A stretch of 64,000 bases of DNA from an uncultured Candidatus Saccharibacteria bacterium. GTDB taxonomy: Bacteria; Patescibacteriota; Minisyncoccia; Phycocordibacterales; Phycocordibacteraceae. The DNA is taken from NCBI GenBank assembly GCA_964593365.1, contig CAZQGQ010000001.1:244585-308584 (forward strand), in the 5' to 3' direction. A model generated the notes under the pieces. The model was not told where the DNA came from. It saw nothing but the letters and a program-made list of their open reading frames with translations, and ran no database searches. A program made the translations under genes and the position numbers. The stretch's first letter is position 1. Each line of letters opens with the position of its first letter. Positions 20,163 through 29,072 of the stretch are shown here, one piece after another.

Positions 20163-20963
20163 ATGCGTCGAACGGCCGTTTTGTATAAGAGGGTAGGAGA
20201 GACTCCGCTCCAAGCTATCGGTGCCTGGAAGGCCAAGCATCCCGAGTACGCATCGGTGGTCGCCTGTTATGCCGGACGGCTCGACCCAATGGCCGACGGG
20301 AAGCTGCTCGTCTTATTTGGGGATGAGTGCAAGCGCCAAAAGCACTACACCGGACTTGATAAGGAATACGAGATTGAAGTGCTGCTTGATCTTGGAAGCG
20401 ATACGGGAGACGTGCTTGGGATTCCTGATCTTGCAAACCAAGAAACGCGCGTCGACCCTCTCGCGCTACATGGCATCTTGCAGAAAGAGAAGGGAAAACA
20501 CCTTCGCAAGTATCCGCTTTTCTCATCAAAGACCGTGAACGGGAAGCCATTGTTCTTGCACACGCTTGAAGAGAATACAGAGAACATCGATATTCCAGAA
20601 CATATCGAAGAGATCTATGCGATCAAGCTGCTAGAGGCATATCGATTGCCGCTGCTGCCGCTACGCACGCGCATCTTTGATCTCCTTTCGCTTGCGCCCC
20701 GTTCAGATGAGCCATCAAAAGCGTTAGGTGCTGATTTCCGGCAGGACGAGATTCGCGAGAAGTGGGGAATCCTCTTTAGCAAGCTCACGGATCGCGAATT
20801 CGCCGTCCTTCGCCTTCGGATCGCTTGTGGTTCAGGCACGTATATGCGCTCACTCGCTTCCCGCATAGGAGAGGCGTTGGGGAGCAAAGGACTCGCTCTT
20901 TCGATTAGACGCACCCGTATAGGCAGGTACGCATTCGGGCTTTGGTACACTACCTATATATAA
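20163..20963 (+). CDS. truB: tRNA pseudouridine(55) synthase TruB
   Basis: The catalytic Asp block YAGRLDPMADGKLLVLFGDECK and the HYTGLDKEYE block. Confidence 0.8.
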   Translation: MRRTAVLYKRVGETPLQAIGAWKAKHPEYASVVACYAGRLDPMADGKLLVLFGDECKRQKHYTGLDKEYEIEVLLDLGSDTGDVLGIPDLANQETRVDPLALHGILQKEKGKHLRKYPLFSSKTVNGKPLFLHTLEENTENIDIPEHIEEIYAIKLLEAYRLPLLPLRTRIFDLLSLAPRSDEPSKALGADFRQDEIREKWGILFSKLTDREFAVLRLRIACGSGTYMRSLASRIGEALGSKGLALSIRRTRIGRYAFGLWYTTYI

Positions 20964-20982
20964 GCTTTATATAACCGGACCT

Positions 20983-21423
20983 ATGACTCTTCCACACCTT
21001 ACTCCCTCATATGAACGCTGGGCTCCCGTTGTAGCGCGCGTGCTCTTCGGCGCCATGTTCTTGCACAGTGCCTACTATAAGATCCCAGGCACAGAGACGT
21101 TTGCAGGACAGGTTGAGATGTCTGCGGCTGTCGGCATCCCGTTTGCCATGATCGCCGTCACGCTCGCATTCATCCTTGAGGTAGTCGCTGGTATCGCGCT
21201 CATCATCGGCTGGAAGACCCGCACCTTCGCGGCGCTCCTTATTCTCTTTGTCATCCTCATTGCCTTCTTCTTCGGACGAAATCTCGCGGATATGACGCAG
21301 ATGATGACCTTCTTCGGCTGCCTTCAGATCATCGCAGGTCTCCTCTATGTCTCAGTGTATGGAGCGCAGCATGCGGCCGTCGCAGCATGCCCGCTACCAA
21401 GCGAGCTCACGAAGAAGATCTAG
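20983..21423 (+). CDS. DoxX-family membrane protein
   Basis: Four-TM small protein ...VARVLFGAMFLHSAYYKI...LEVVAGIALIIG..., the DoxX pattern. Confidence 0.75.
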   Translation: MTLPHLTPSYERWAPVVARVLFGAMFLHSAYYKIPGTETFAGQVEMSAAVGIPFAMIAVTLAFILEVVAGIALIIGWKTRTFAALLILFVILIAFFFGRNLADMTQMMTFFGCLQIIAGLLYVSVYGAQHAAVAACPLPSELTKKI

Positions 21424-22716
21424 CTAGAGCGCGAAGGGCTGCGAGAGCACCCAGAGCCCGAAGGCGGTATAGAAGACCATAAGCACGAGCATAGGGAGCT
21501 GGCTTAGTAGCGCGCGTCCTCGCTCGGGGAATTCGCGAAGCGCGACTTGGTGCGAGATATAGGCGGCAAAGGCGTGGCCAAACACGATGATGGCAAGCTG
21601 GACGTACCAGACGCGATCGGCGCTGATCATGATGCCAAGAGAATTCAGCATTAAGGAGAAGTAGTGCGCGAAGTGATAGGCGAAGGCTATCGGTATAAGC
21701 GAGTAGGCAAACAAGAGCATGTAGTCGCGAAGCGACTTTGATCCTCGTACCAGCTTCTTCATGGCAAGGAGCGCTCCTGCGTAAAGCGCATAAAAGCCCA
21801 CCGGGAAGAGGAGGAAAATAATAAAGGAGGTCACGAACCAATCCGTCTTCAACAGATCGATAATCAGCGTTGCCATGGTCTCGGTTTCCCGGAAGCCGTC
21901 GAAAGCCGTTGCGGCAAGCGCAAAGAGAATGAATGCGAGAAGCGAGAGAGTAACGGGAGCTTCGTTTACGAGGCGAGAGACGGGGGAAGAAGTCGTTACC
22001 GATTGCTGCCCTACTCTCACTGGCGCCAGTTTTCCGGCAAGCGCGAAAAAGACTGAGAAGAACTCAGCATGCTCAAACCACACCTTCGTGCCGTAGCGGA
22101 TACTCCCGATATTGAGATAGGCAATATAGAGGAGGACGATGATAGCTAGAACCCGCGGAGTCGTCCCAAACACCGGGAAGAAGAGCTCGAGCACGATAAG
22201 GAGCACATAACCAATGAGCGCCGGCAGATACCCATGCTTCCATGGACGTTTGCCTGGCTGCGATTCTGGCTGCACGTTATCGACAATGATCTTAAAGGGA
22301 TTTCCAAGTTCCCAAATACCGCTGACGAGCATCGAGACATAGGGCACGATTAGCACGAGCCCGATCCAAAAGAGATAAGGAAATACGTTTTCCGATGCGC
22401 TTTGATTGCCAAAGAGCCCGAGCATAATGCCTATACCTAGCGCCCCGCCAAGCACGAGTTCGATAGCCACTACGAGCGGATTCCAGATGCGCTTAGGAAT
22501 CGCTGTCGTACGAGCGCTTTCTATAGAGCGCTCAGGCCCTGCAAAGACAAGGAGCGCGCACGAGACGATGAAGGCAGCTACGCCTCCAAGGACATAGAAG
22601 GTTACGGGAAGCGGCAGCGAGTATTGCTGGCCGAAGGCATGCGCGTTTGCAGCAAGCGGAAGGCCTGCAAGTGCGACGACGGCTGCTATGGGTAGCGAGT
22701 TACGGAAGAACTTCAA
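21424..22716 (-). CDS. polytopic membrane protein (about 12 TM), possibly CopD-like given its neighbours
   Basis: Hydrophobic throughout, with no clear motif. It is encoded immediately downstream of cupredoxin-like and YcnI-like genes on the same strand. Confidence 0.45.
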   Translation of the reverse strand: MKFFRNSLPIAAVVALAGLPLAANAHAFGQQYSLPLPVTFYVLGGVAAFIVSCALLVFAGPERSIESARTTAIPKRIWNPLVVAIELVLGGALGIGIMLGLFGNQSASENVFPYLFWIGLVLIVPYVSMLVSGIWELGNPFKIIVDNVQPESQPGKRPWKHGYLPALIGYVLLIVLELFFPVFGTTPRVLAIIVLLYIAYLNIGSIRYGTKVWFEHAEFFSVFFALAGKLAPVRVGQQSVTTSSPVSRLVNEAPVTLSLLAFILFALAATAFDGFRETETMATLIIDLLKTDWFVTSFIIFLLFPVGFYALYAGALLAMKKLVRGSKSLRDYMLLFAYSLIPIAFAYHFAHYFSLMLNSLGIMISADRVWYVQLAIIVFGHAFAAYISHQVALREFPERGRALLSQLPMLVLMVFYTAFGLWVLSQPFAL

Positions 22717-23059
22717 GGGTTGCTATTTCCGTCTTCGATCCTTCAAGCTCGGTATGGAACCTGCCTGCGGTGTCTGCGAGGAAGGTGAGGGAAGCTTCTA
22801 CGTTTGGCTCAAGGTCAACACTTCGATCATAACCGTGCACATGGAACTCTTCCGCTTCGTCTGCCGTGACGCGGATCGTGACCATGGTGCCTTTCTTTAC
22901 TGTCATGACCTCGGGACCATCAACGAGTGCTTTTCCTGAAACGCGAAGAACGAATTCTGTTGAGGTGCTAGTTGCCTCTTCAGATTTTGGCGCTTGCGTG
23001 AAGTAGTAGGCTCCGCCAAGGATAAGAACTAGTACAACGATAAGTACAGTGATTTTCAT
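22700..23059 (-). CDS. membrane-anchored cupredoxin/CopC-like small protein
   Basis: Signal anchor MKITVLIVVLVLILGG, then a beta-rich domain with TIRVTADEAEEFHVHGYD (His pair). The start was moved to the internal ATG (MKITV). Confidence 0.4.
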   Translation of the reverse strand: MKITVLIVVLVLILGGAYYFTQAPKSEEATSTSTEFVLRVSGKALVDGPEVMTVKKGTMVTIRVTADEAEEFHVHGYDRSVDLEPNVEASLTFLADTAGRFHTELEGSKTEIATLEVLP

Positions 23060-23063
23060 AGAG

Positions 23064-23666
23064 TTAGGCTTGCTTGCGTGAGGACATCCAAAGCGCCGCT
23101 CCTGAGGCAAGCAGAGCGATGATCGAGAGGATCAGTGAAGTGTTTCCGGAGGCATCCTGTTCCTCTCCGGCGTTTTGCGCGACGTCTGTTACCGAATACG
23201 GGTTCGTGACTTCTTCTTCGTCATGCTCTCCTCCATGCCCGGCAGGATCTTGGTCCCAAGCGACTCGCTCACCGTCCGCGTATGTCTGGTACACCTTCCA
23301 TATAAGAGTGCCGTCTTCTGCAGGGGTTCGCGCGGTGAAGGCAAAGGTGTCTTTCTGTCCTTCGGGAATCGCGCCTCCTGTCCAGCGTATCTGCGTCACG
23401 CGGTCATCTGCGTCTTTGGTCGTGCTTACGCGCCATCCTGGCTTAACAAAAGGAGTCACCCGATCAAGGGTCACGGGAACATCAAGAACGATATCGATTG
23501 TTGAAACCTCTCGCTCTGTCGGAACGCTCACGCTGAAGGTTTCGTATTTAGATGTTGCCGTCTGGGACGGAGAGACGCTTGAGTGCGCGCTTACCAGAGA
23601 AGGGAAAGCGGAAACGGTCATAGCCACAAGCAAGAAGAACGATACGGAAGATCTCATGATGGTCAA
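23064..23666 (-). CDS. YcnI-like (DUF1775) secreted copper-binding protein with C-terminal TM anchor
   Basis: Signal peptide ...LVSAHSSVSP, with His predicted immediately after the cleavage site, as in DUF1775. Acidic linker and C-terminal TM. Confidence 0.55.
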   Translation of the reverse strand: MTIMRSSVSFFLLVAMTVSAFPSLVSAHSSVSPSQTATSKYETFSVSVPTEREVSTIDIVLDVPVTLDRVTPFVKPGWRVSTTKDADDRVTQIRWTGGAIPEGQKDTFAFTARTPAEDGTLIWKVYQTYADGERVAWDQDPAGHGGEHDEEEVTNPYSVTDVAQNAGEEQDASGNTSLILSIIALLASGAALWMSSRKQA

Positions 23667-23729
23667 AGGAAAATAAGAATAATACCGAACCAGTGTATCA
23701 AATGAATACGGGGAAACCAGACAGGAGCA

Positions 23730-25061
23730 TCAGGCACTTGCAGGAGCCGTTGCTGGCTCTTCTTTCTGTGTGAGATAGCGCTCAGAAAGCTGGCGGTAGT
23801 ACTTGGATTTGAAGGCAAGCAGTGACGCAATGACGCCAATGATACCCGCGAGTGTGAACACGAGCGCGATGCCGCGATCAGGACCGGTACCAAACCAGTC
23901 CCCGATCAAGGCAGCGCCAGCGCCGGTCGTCATGAGCGGAATGAAGAAGAATTGGGTGAGCGGTCCGATAATGAACGCGGTTAAAGGAGAGGCAGACTGC
24001 TCCACGCTTTGTGCGAACCCGAACACCCGTCCCTGACGCTCGAGCGGAACGACTTTCTGCAGAGTCGTCTGTTCAGCGGCTTCTGCGTATGGGCTTATGA
24101 GAAACCAAATAAAGCAGCCTGCCGCAAGCAAGATGATAGAAGGCTGGATGGTAAACACGCAGCACACCGACCATGCGATCACGTTTACCGTGAGGAGCGT
24201 TTTGAGAGGGTTCTTGCCAAGACCCGTCTTCGCGATCACGATGCCGCTCAGGATGAAAGCGGTACTAAGGAAACCGAAGAGCAGACCCCACATCTCAACT
24301 GATACGAGCGAGAGACCGTAGGCATCCATGAGCGCCATGAAGATGCCCCCAAGAAAGTTGTTGAAGGTGCTAAAGAGAATGAGGGCGATGAGGCCCGGCA
24401 CGCCAAGAACGATGCGGAGCGTGCCTTTCAGATCAAGTCGCTTGGGTTCGGCGTTTGCTGAAGCGCGCGGGTGCTCTTCAGGAACGCGAATGAACAAGAG
24501 ATGCAGGAAGGCAAGCGCAGTTAACGCTAGCGCGAACAAAAGCGCGTAGTGCATCCCGCCCCAGGCGACCAGAAAACCGCTGATGACAGACGTCGTCAGA
24601 AAGCCGATGCCGTTCACCATGCCGACAAGTCCGTTTGCCTTGTCTCGCCGGTCCTCGGGGACGAGGATGGTCACGAGCGTTGAAAGCGAGATAGATCGTA
24701 TGTTCCCGGCCATAACCCCAAGCATCACGATAACGACAAAGAGCCAGAGCCAGGGGCCGTACACCTCCGCTATGCGCTCAGGGGTTGCGACCTGGAGCAC
24801 CATGAAGGCGAGCCCGTAGAACAGGAAGGAAACGAGACTCGAGCCAAGCATGACTCGTTTTTTACGATGGTGGTCGACGATGCTTCCGAGCCAGAATCCT
24901 GTCCCAGCGGTCACTACCAAATAGAGCCCTGCGATCATGCCGGTGGCGAACACTGACTGGGTCTCTAGATAGACGTAGAAGGTAAGCGCGAACCAGACGG
25001 TAAAGTTCGTGATCGATGCGACAAGATTATTCCCGAGGACATGGTGAAAAGCTCCCATCAT
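23730..25061 (-). CDS. MFS transporter
   Basis: 12 TM helices. The loop 2-3 motif GSIVDHHRKKRVM follows the G-x-x-x-D-R/K-x-G-R-R/K pattern. Confidence 0.8.
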   Translation of the reverse strand: MMGAFHHVLGNNLVASITNFTVWFALTFYVYLETQSVFATGMIAGLYLVVTAGTGFWLGSIVDHHRKKRVMLGSSLVSFLFYGLAFMVLQVATPERIAEVYGPWLWLFVVIVMLGVMAGNIRSISLSTLVTILVPEDRRDKANGLVGMVNGIGFLTTSVISGFLVAWGGMHYALLFALALTALAFLHLLFIRVPEEHPRASANAEPKRLDLKGTLRIVLGVPGLIALILFSTFNNFLGGIFMALMDAYGLSLVSVEMWGLLFGFLSTAFILSGIVIAKTGLGKNPLKTLLTVNVIAWSVCCVFTIQPSIILLAAGCFIWFLISPYAEAAEQTTLQKVVPLERQGRVFGFAQSVEQSASPLTAFIIGPLTQFFFIPLMTTGAGAALIGDWFGTGPDRGIALVFTLAGIIGVIASLLAFKSKYYRQLSERYLTQKEEPATAPASA

Positions 25062-25162
25062 TTTATCGGAGCATCATACCATTTGGGCTTTTTGCGACGG
25101 GAGAGCACAGTCGCAGGCTACGCAAAACGGCTCTCGAAGTATCGAAAGCCGCTTTGCTTTGT

Positions 25163-25237
25163 TGGTGACCCCACGGGGAATCGAACCCCGATTTCCTGCG
25201 TGAAAGGCGGGCGTCCTAACCGTTAGACGATGGGGCC
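25163..25237 (-). tRNA. tRNA-Glu (anticodon TTC), CCA encoded
   Basis: Reverse complement reads GGCCCCA-TC-GTCTAACGGTTAGGAC-G-CCCGC-CTTTCAC-GCAGG-AAATC-GGGGTTCGATTCCCC-GTGGGGTC-A-CCA (one C:A mismatch in the anticodon stem). Confidence 0.75.
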
Positions 25238-25295
25238 TTCACGAACTTGGCCATCCTAGCATTTTTTACCCCATAAATGCTAGGATTGCCCCATT

Positions 25296-25382
25296 GGAGA
25301 GGTGGCAGAGTGGTCGAATGCACCGGTTTCGAAAACCGGCAGGGGCGAAAGTTCCTCGGGAGTTCGAATCTCCCCCTCTCCG
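25296..25382 (+). tRNA. tRNA-Ser (anticodon CGA), long variable arm
   Basis: GGAGAGG-TG-GCAGAGTGGTCGAATGC-A-CCGGT-TTCGAAA-ACCGG-variable arm CAGGGGCGAAAGTTCCTCGGG-AGTTCGAATCT...CCTCTCC-G. Confidence 0.85.
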
Positions 25383-25385
25383 CCT

Positions 25386-26036
25386 TTAAGGGCGAATCCG
25401 TATGACGCGAGAAAAGAGATAGGCGCCAAGTATAAAGCAGACGCTGCCTATGACTATCGGGGCAGCCAAAAAGATGCTGCTTGTCGAGCTATCAAGCGAC
25501 GAGCCGATAAGGACCAGGAGCACAGAACCGACGGCTGAAAGCGGGAAGAGTATCACTATAAAGGTGAGATAGGGAATCCGTGAAAGACCGGCAGCGTAGC
25601 TGATGAGCTCAGGCATTCCGAAGAACGTAATATAGGTGTAGAAGAGTCCTCGCACCGTCGCTACCTGCGCAATGATGCGCGAGAAGAGACTATCCTTTTG
25701 CGTATCGACAAGTGACCGGATAGCGGGATAGCCAAGCTTCCTGGCTAGCCAGAAAGAAATGGTGAAGCCTATGAAGTCGCCGACCAGCGAATAGATGACT
25801 CCTGGCCAAAACCCGAACACCAGTCCCGCAAACGGATACAAGGGACTTCCGGCAAGCGGAACAACGACGATGGTCGAGGCCTTGAGCAGTATGAAGATGA
25901 GCGGAGCCGCGATCCCTGCTGCTTCGACAGCCTGCTTGATCGCATCAATGCCAACGAAAGCGTAGGCCAGGGCAAAGGCCCCAAGCCCGAGAGCGAGGCT
26001 TATAAGCCCAGCGTATCCGCGTCCCTTGGTTCCCAT
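25386..26036 (-). CDS. DedA/TVP38 (VTT-domain) family membrane protein
   Basis: Re-entrant helix pattern ...LLKASTIVVVPLAGSPLYPFAGLVFGFWPGVIYSLVGDFIGFTISFWLARKLG. Confidence 0.7.
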   Translation of the reverse strand: MGTKGRGYAGLISLALGLGAFALAYAFVGIDAIKQAVEAAGIAAPLIFILLKASTIVVVPLAGSPLYPFAGLVFGFWPGVIYSLVGDFIGFTISFWLARKLGYPAIRSLVDTQKDSLFSRIIAQVATVRGLFYTYITFFGMPELISYAAGLSRIPYLTFIVILFPLSAVGSVLLVLIGSSLDSSTSSIFLAAPIVIGSVCFILGAYLFSRVIRIRP

Positions 26037-26132
26037 ATGCTAAGTATAGATCAGGAAGTAAAAGCACATTCTGGAATCGCGTCCTGAAGCAATTTCCACA
26101 AAGGCACAGAGCTCATATATACTTTTCAAATC

Positions 26133-27341
26133 ATGGGCCAGAACAAACCCGAAGCATGCGAGGAGTGCGGCTCAGACGCCGTCTATCATCGCCTCACCTA
26201 TATAACGGTCGCGATCGACGAGGCATGCAAGCCGCTGTTTATGCCAGGACCTATCACGCGCTTTTTCGCGCGCGGCATTCTTGCCGTCGAACGGGTCGTG
26301 ACTCCAAGCATCTTCGAGTTCCTTATTAGCGTTGGTATCGCGAAGGTAGAGAAGTCCCCTGACGACGATACGATTCTTCTAGCCAAAGTGCTCTGGGAGG
26401 AGGCAGATAAGCGGGGCATCGATATGCTCGAGATCCGACTCTTTGGCCTTGCCAGGAATCTCTTCCTCGCACGCTTGCCTGACGGGCGCAAAATGGTCTT
26501 TGAAGGCATCCCGCTCCCATCTTCGAGCATCCGCCAGGCCTGGTGGCTCGATAACAAGGCAGAGATGAAGCGGCGCTTCAAGAAGGTAGGCATCCCGGTA
26601 GCAGCGGGAGGATCTGCGCTCACTAAGGAAGGCGCCAAGAGAATCTACAAGAAGCTCGTGCCTCCGGTAATTGAGAAGCCCTATTCGGGTTCCGCATCGC
26701 GGCATACCACGCTCCACATTGAAAACGAGGAAGAGCTGCTTCGCGCCTTTGCTGTCGCAACGCAGGTAGCGCCCCTCGCGATCATCGAGGAAGAGCTTAC
26801 GGGTCCGGTGTACCGGGCAACGGTCGTTGATGGGAAGCTGGAGGGCGTGATACGACGCGATCAACCCCATGTGATTGGTGACGGGGTGCACACTATCGAC
26901 GAGTTAGTGGCTGAGGCGAACAAGCACCCTGCGCGAGGCGGACCGTACTTCTCCAAGATGACCACGACGACCCCGGCTAATGTTGCCGAGCTTGCCTGGC
27001 AGTCTCTTTCGCCTTCAAGCGTCCCGGAGAAGGATAGGCGCGCAACGCTTCACCAGAAGATCAACTGGAGCGTTGGCGGAACGACCGCAGACGTCACTGA
27101 TGAGACGCATCCGGACAATGCGGAGCTGTTTGCGCGAGTTGCGAAGGTTCTTCGCTCGCCGATGGTCGGTCTGGACTTCATTATTGGCGACATTGGTCGC
27201 TCATGGAAGGAGCAGGAGCGCTGCGGCGTCATTGAATGCAACAGCATGCCGTTCTTCGATAACCACCACCTGCCGTTTGAGGGAAAGCCCCGAAATGTCG
27301 CGGGGGCCATCTGGGATATGGTCTCGTTCCGCAAGGGTTGA
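26133..27341 (+). CDS. ATP-grasp family ligase (RimK/cyanophycin-synthetase-like)
   Basis: ATP-grasp blocks VIEKPYSGSASRHT and VIECNSMPFF, a central B-subdomain, and an N-terminal CxxC-containing segment. Confidence 0.55.
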   Translation: MGQNKPEACEECGSDAVYHRLTYITVAIDEACKPLFMPGPITRFFARGILAVERVVTPSIFEFLISVGIAKVEKSPDDDTILLAKVLWEEADKRGIDMLEIRLFGLARNLFLARLPDGRKMVFEGIPLPSSSIRQAWWLDNKAEMKRRFKKVGIPVAAGGSALTKEGAKRIYKKLVPPVIEKPYSGSASRHTTLHIENEEELLRAFAVATQVAPLAIIEEELTGPVYRATVVDGKLEGVIRRDQPHVIGDGVHTIDELVAEANKHPARGGPYFSKMTTTTPANVAELAWQSLSPSSVPEKDRRATLHQKINWSVGGTTADVTDETHPDNAELFARVAKVLRSPMVGLDFIIGDIGRSWKEQERCGVIECNSMPFFDNHHLPFEGKPRNVAGAIWDMVSFRKG

Positions 27342-27561
27342 TGGAAGGGAGTATTCGCGTTACCCTTATCCCTACAGGTCGAAACCATTGCCAGCTAACG
27401 CCTGGATGGTCTTATTTTTTACTCTAAAAATATGGCCATGCAACTACACCAACATGATTGATGAAATCCCTATGGACGTACCGGCAACGGATCTGCCTGA
27501 TGAGGCTCCCGTAGCTACTCCTGAAGAAGGCGCAGCAGCTGAATAAGCTTTTGCTCAACAG

Positions 27562-27594
27562 AAAACCCCGCACGACTCTCGTGCGGGGTTTTCT
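27562..27594. terminator. bidirectional rho-independent terminator (CCCCGCAC-loop-GTGCGGGG, flanked by A/T runs)
   Basis: An 8-bp GC-rich stem lies between the convergent ATP-grasp and trxB genes. Confidence 0.7.
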
Positions 27595-27605
27595 GCGTCT
27601 AAGCC

Positions 27606-28529
27606 TTATCGGGTCTTCAGGTGGACGTAGATGTCCTCAAGCGCCTTCACGGCGTCTCCTGCGGCAATATTGTTCTGGTGGTAGAGCTCGTCGGTACAGT
27701 CTCCTGCGGCCCAGACCCCGTCCACTGAGGTGTGCTGGTTCTTAGGGTCAGTAATGACACGTCCTACGTCATCGAGCTTTATGAGGTCCTTAGCGAACTC
27801 GGTGTTAGGCGTGACGCCTATCTCTACGAAGATGCCGGTGACCGGAAGCTCGGTCAGGGCGCCCGTGTCCGCATCTTTGACGACAAGCCCTGATACGAAC
27901 TTCTCGCCCTTCACTTCAAGCGGAATGGTATTAGGAAGCGCGCGCATGTTCGGGTGGGCGAGCACACGTTCGATGGTGATAGCGTCAGCCTTATAGCTGT
28001 GGCGGCGATGGATCATGGTCACTGATTTCGCGTACGCAAGAAGCTGGGCAGCGGTCTCAAATCCTGCGTTCCCGCCTCCGATAACGGCAACATCCTGTCC
28101 TGCAAAGAGGGGTCCATCGCACGAGGCGCAATAGGTCACTCCCTTATTCTCAAAGGCATCAGCCCCAGGAACGATAAGCTTCTTCCGGTTCGCTCCGGAC
28201 GCTATGAGGACGGCACGAGCAGTGAACTGCTTCCCGTCTCCCGTGGTTGCCATAAAGCCTTCGTCTTTTTGAGAGAGCTTGGTAACGCGCTCCCCGATGA
28301 TCGTTTCCACCTTGTCGCTTTTGTACGCTTCAAGATGCGCCTTTAGGTTCTTAGCAAGATCAGCGCCAGGAATAGAGACGGTACCGATCCAGTTCTCGAT
28401 TCCTTCAGACACGGTTGATTGCCCGCCAATCTCTTCGGCAATAAGGACACTCTTCAAATGTTTTCGTGCGGCATACACTCCTGCAGCAACTCCTGCGGGC
28501 CCGCCGCCGATAATGATCAGATCGTTCAT
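27606..28529 (-). CDS. trxB: thioredoxin reductase (TrxB-like)
   Basis: FAD motif IIIGGGPAGVAAGVYAA, redox CASCDG, NAD(P) motif VAVIGGGNAGFE. The start was set at MNDLIIIGGG (28529). Confidence 0.85.
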   Translation of the reverse strand: MNDLIIIGGGPAGVAAGVYAARKHLKSVLIAEEIGGQSTVSEGIENWIGTVSIPGADLAKNLKAHLEAYKSDKVETIIGERVTKLSQKDEGFMATTGDGKQFTARAVLIASGANRKKLIVPGADAFENKGVTYCASCDGPLFAGQDVAVIGGGNAGFETAAQLLAYAKSVTMIHRRHSYKADAITIERVLAHPNMRALPNTIPLEVKGEKFVSGLVVKDADTGALTELPVTGIFVEIGVTPNTEFAKDLIKLDDVGRVITDPKNQHTSVDGVWAAGDCTDELYHQNNIAAGDAVKALEDIYVHLKTR

Positions 28530-28612
28530 AGAGGCTCTTAGTATACTCGTAAACAAAAAGCGCTGCACGTTGGTCTGTGCAGCGCTCCCCGTTAAGCTTT
28601 CAAGATGCCGAG

Positions 28613-28984
28613 TTATACGTAAACCCGACGTCGCGAGAGCTTCACGCGGATAGAGTCAGGAAGGTTTCCGACACTGACAGAGAACTTCGAACGGGCTTCG
28701 CGAGCTCGCACGACCGCTTGTTCCGCATATTTTATATCTGCGGCTAGGGATTGCTCCCGCGATATAACGTATTCCAGCACTTCTCTCGCTGGAACTTTGC
28801 GAACCAGCACCCATCCTTTAAGTCCTTCGTGCCAACTATGATCCGTAAGACCATAGTATTGGGTCGGTTTGCCACGGTCCTTTTTGATTACAATGAACAG
28901 GCCTTCGCAATGTCCTTCGTCGCCTATAGCTTCGAAGAACAAAACGTCGCCTCTCCGAATCCTCGGACACTTTCTCTGTGACAT
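28613..28984 (-). CDS. hypothetical protein; weak PemK/MazF-like N-terminal pattern
   Basis: 123 aa, with ..RRGDVLFFEAIGDEGHCEGLFIVIKKD.. loosely resembling the MazF GD(I/L)xxVxF...G.E..G.RPxVV block. No adjacent antitoxin ORF. Confidence 0.35.
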   Translation of the reverse strand: MSQRKCPRIRRGDVLFFEAIGDEGHCEGLFIVIKKDRGKPTQYYGLTDHSWHEGLKGWVLVRKVPAREVLEYVISREQSLAADIKYAEQAVVRAREARSKFSVSVGNLPDSIRVKLSRRRVYV

Positions 28985-29072
28985 GTGATGCTCCTCTGCT
29001 GCCTCACAAAAATAGACTACGCCCGGGTATGTGGCATGTCAAAAACAAACCCCGCAGAGGCGGGGTTGTGTC

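Noticed and set aside
22647-23676. Several 60-200-aa ORFs on the + strand across 22.6-23.7 kb
   Set aside because: They are antisense to the better-supported minus-strand YcnI-like and cupredoxin-like genes. Their translations are low-complexity and rich in Ser, Arg and Ala.
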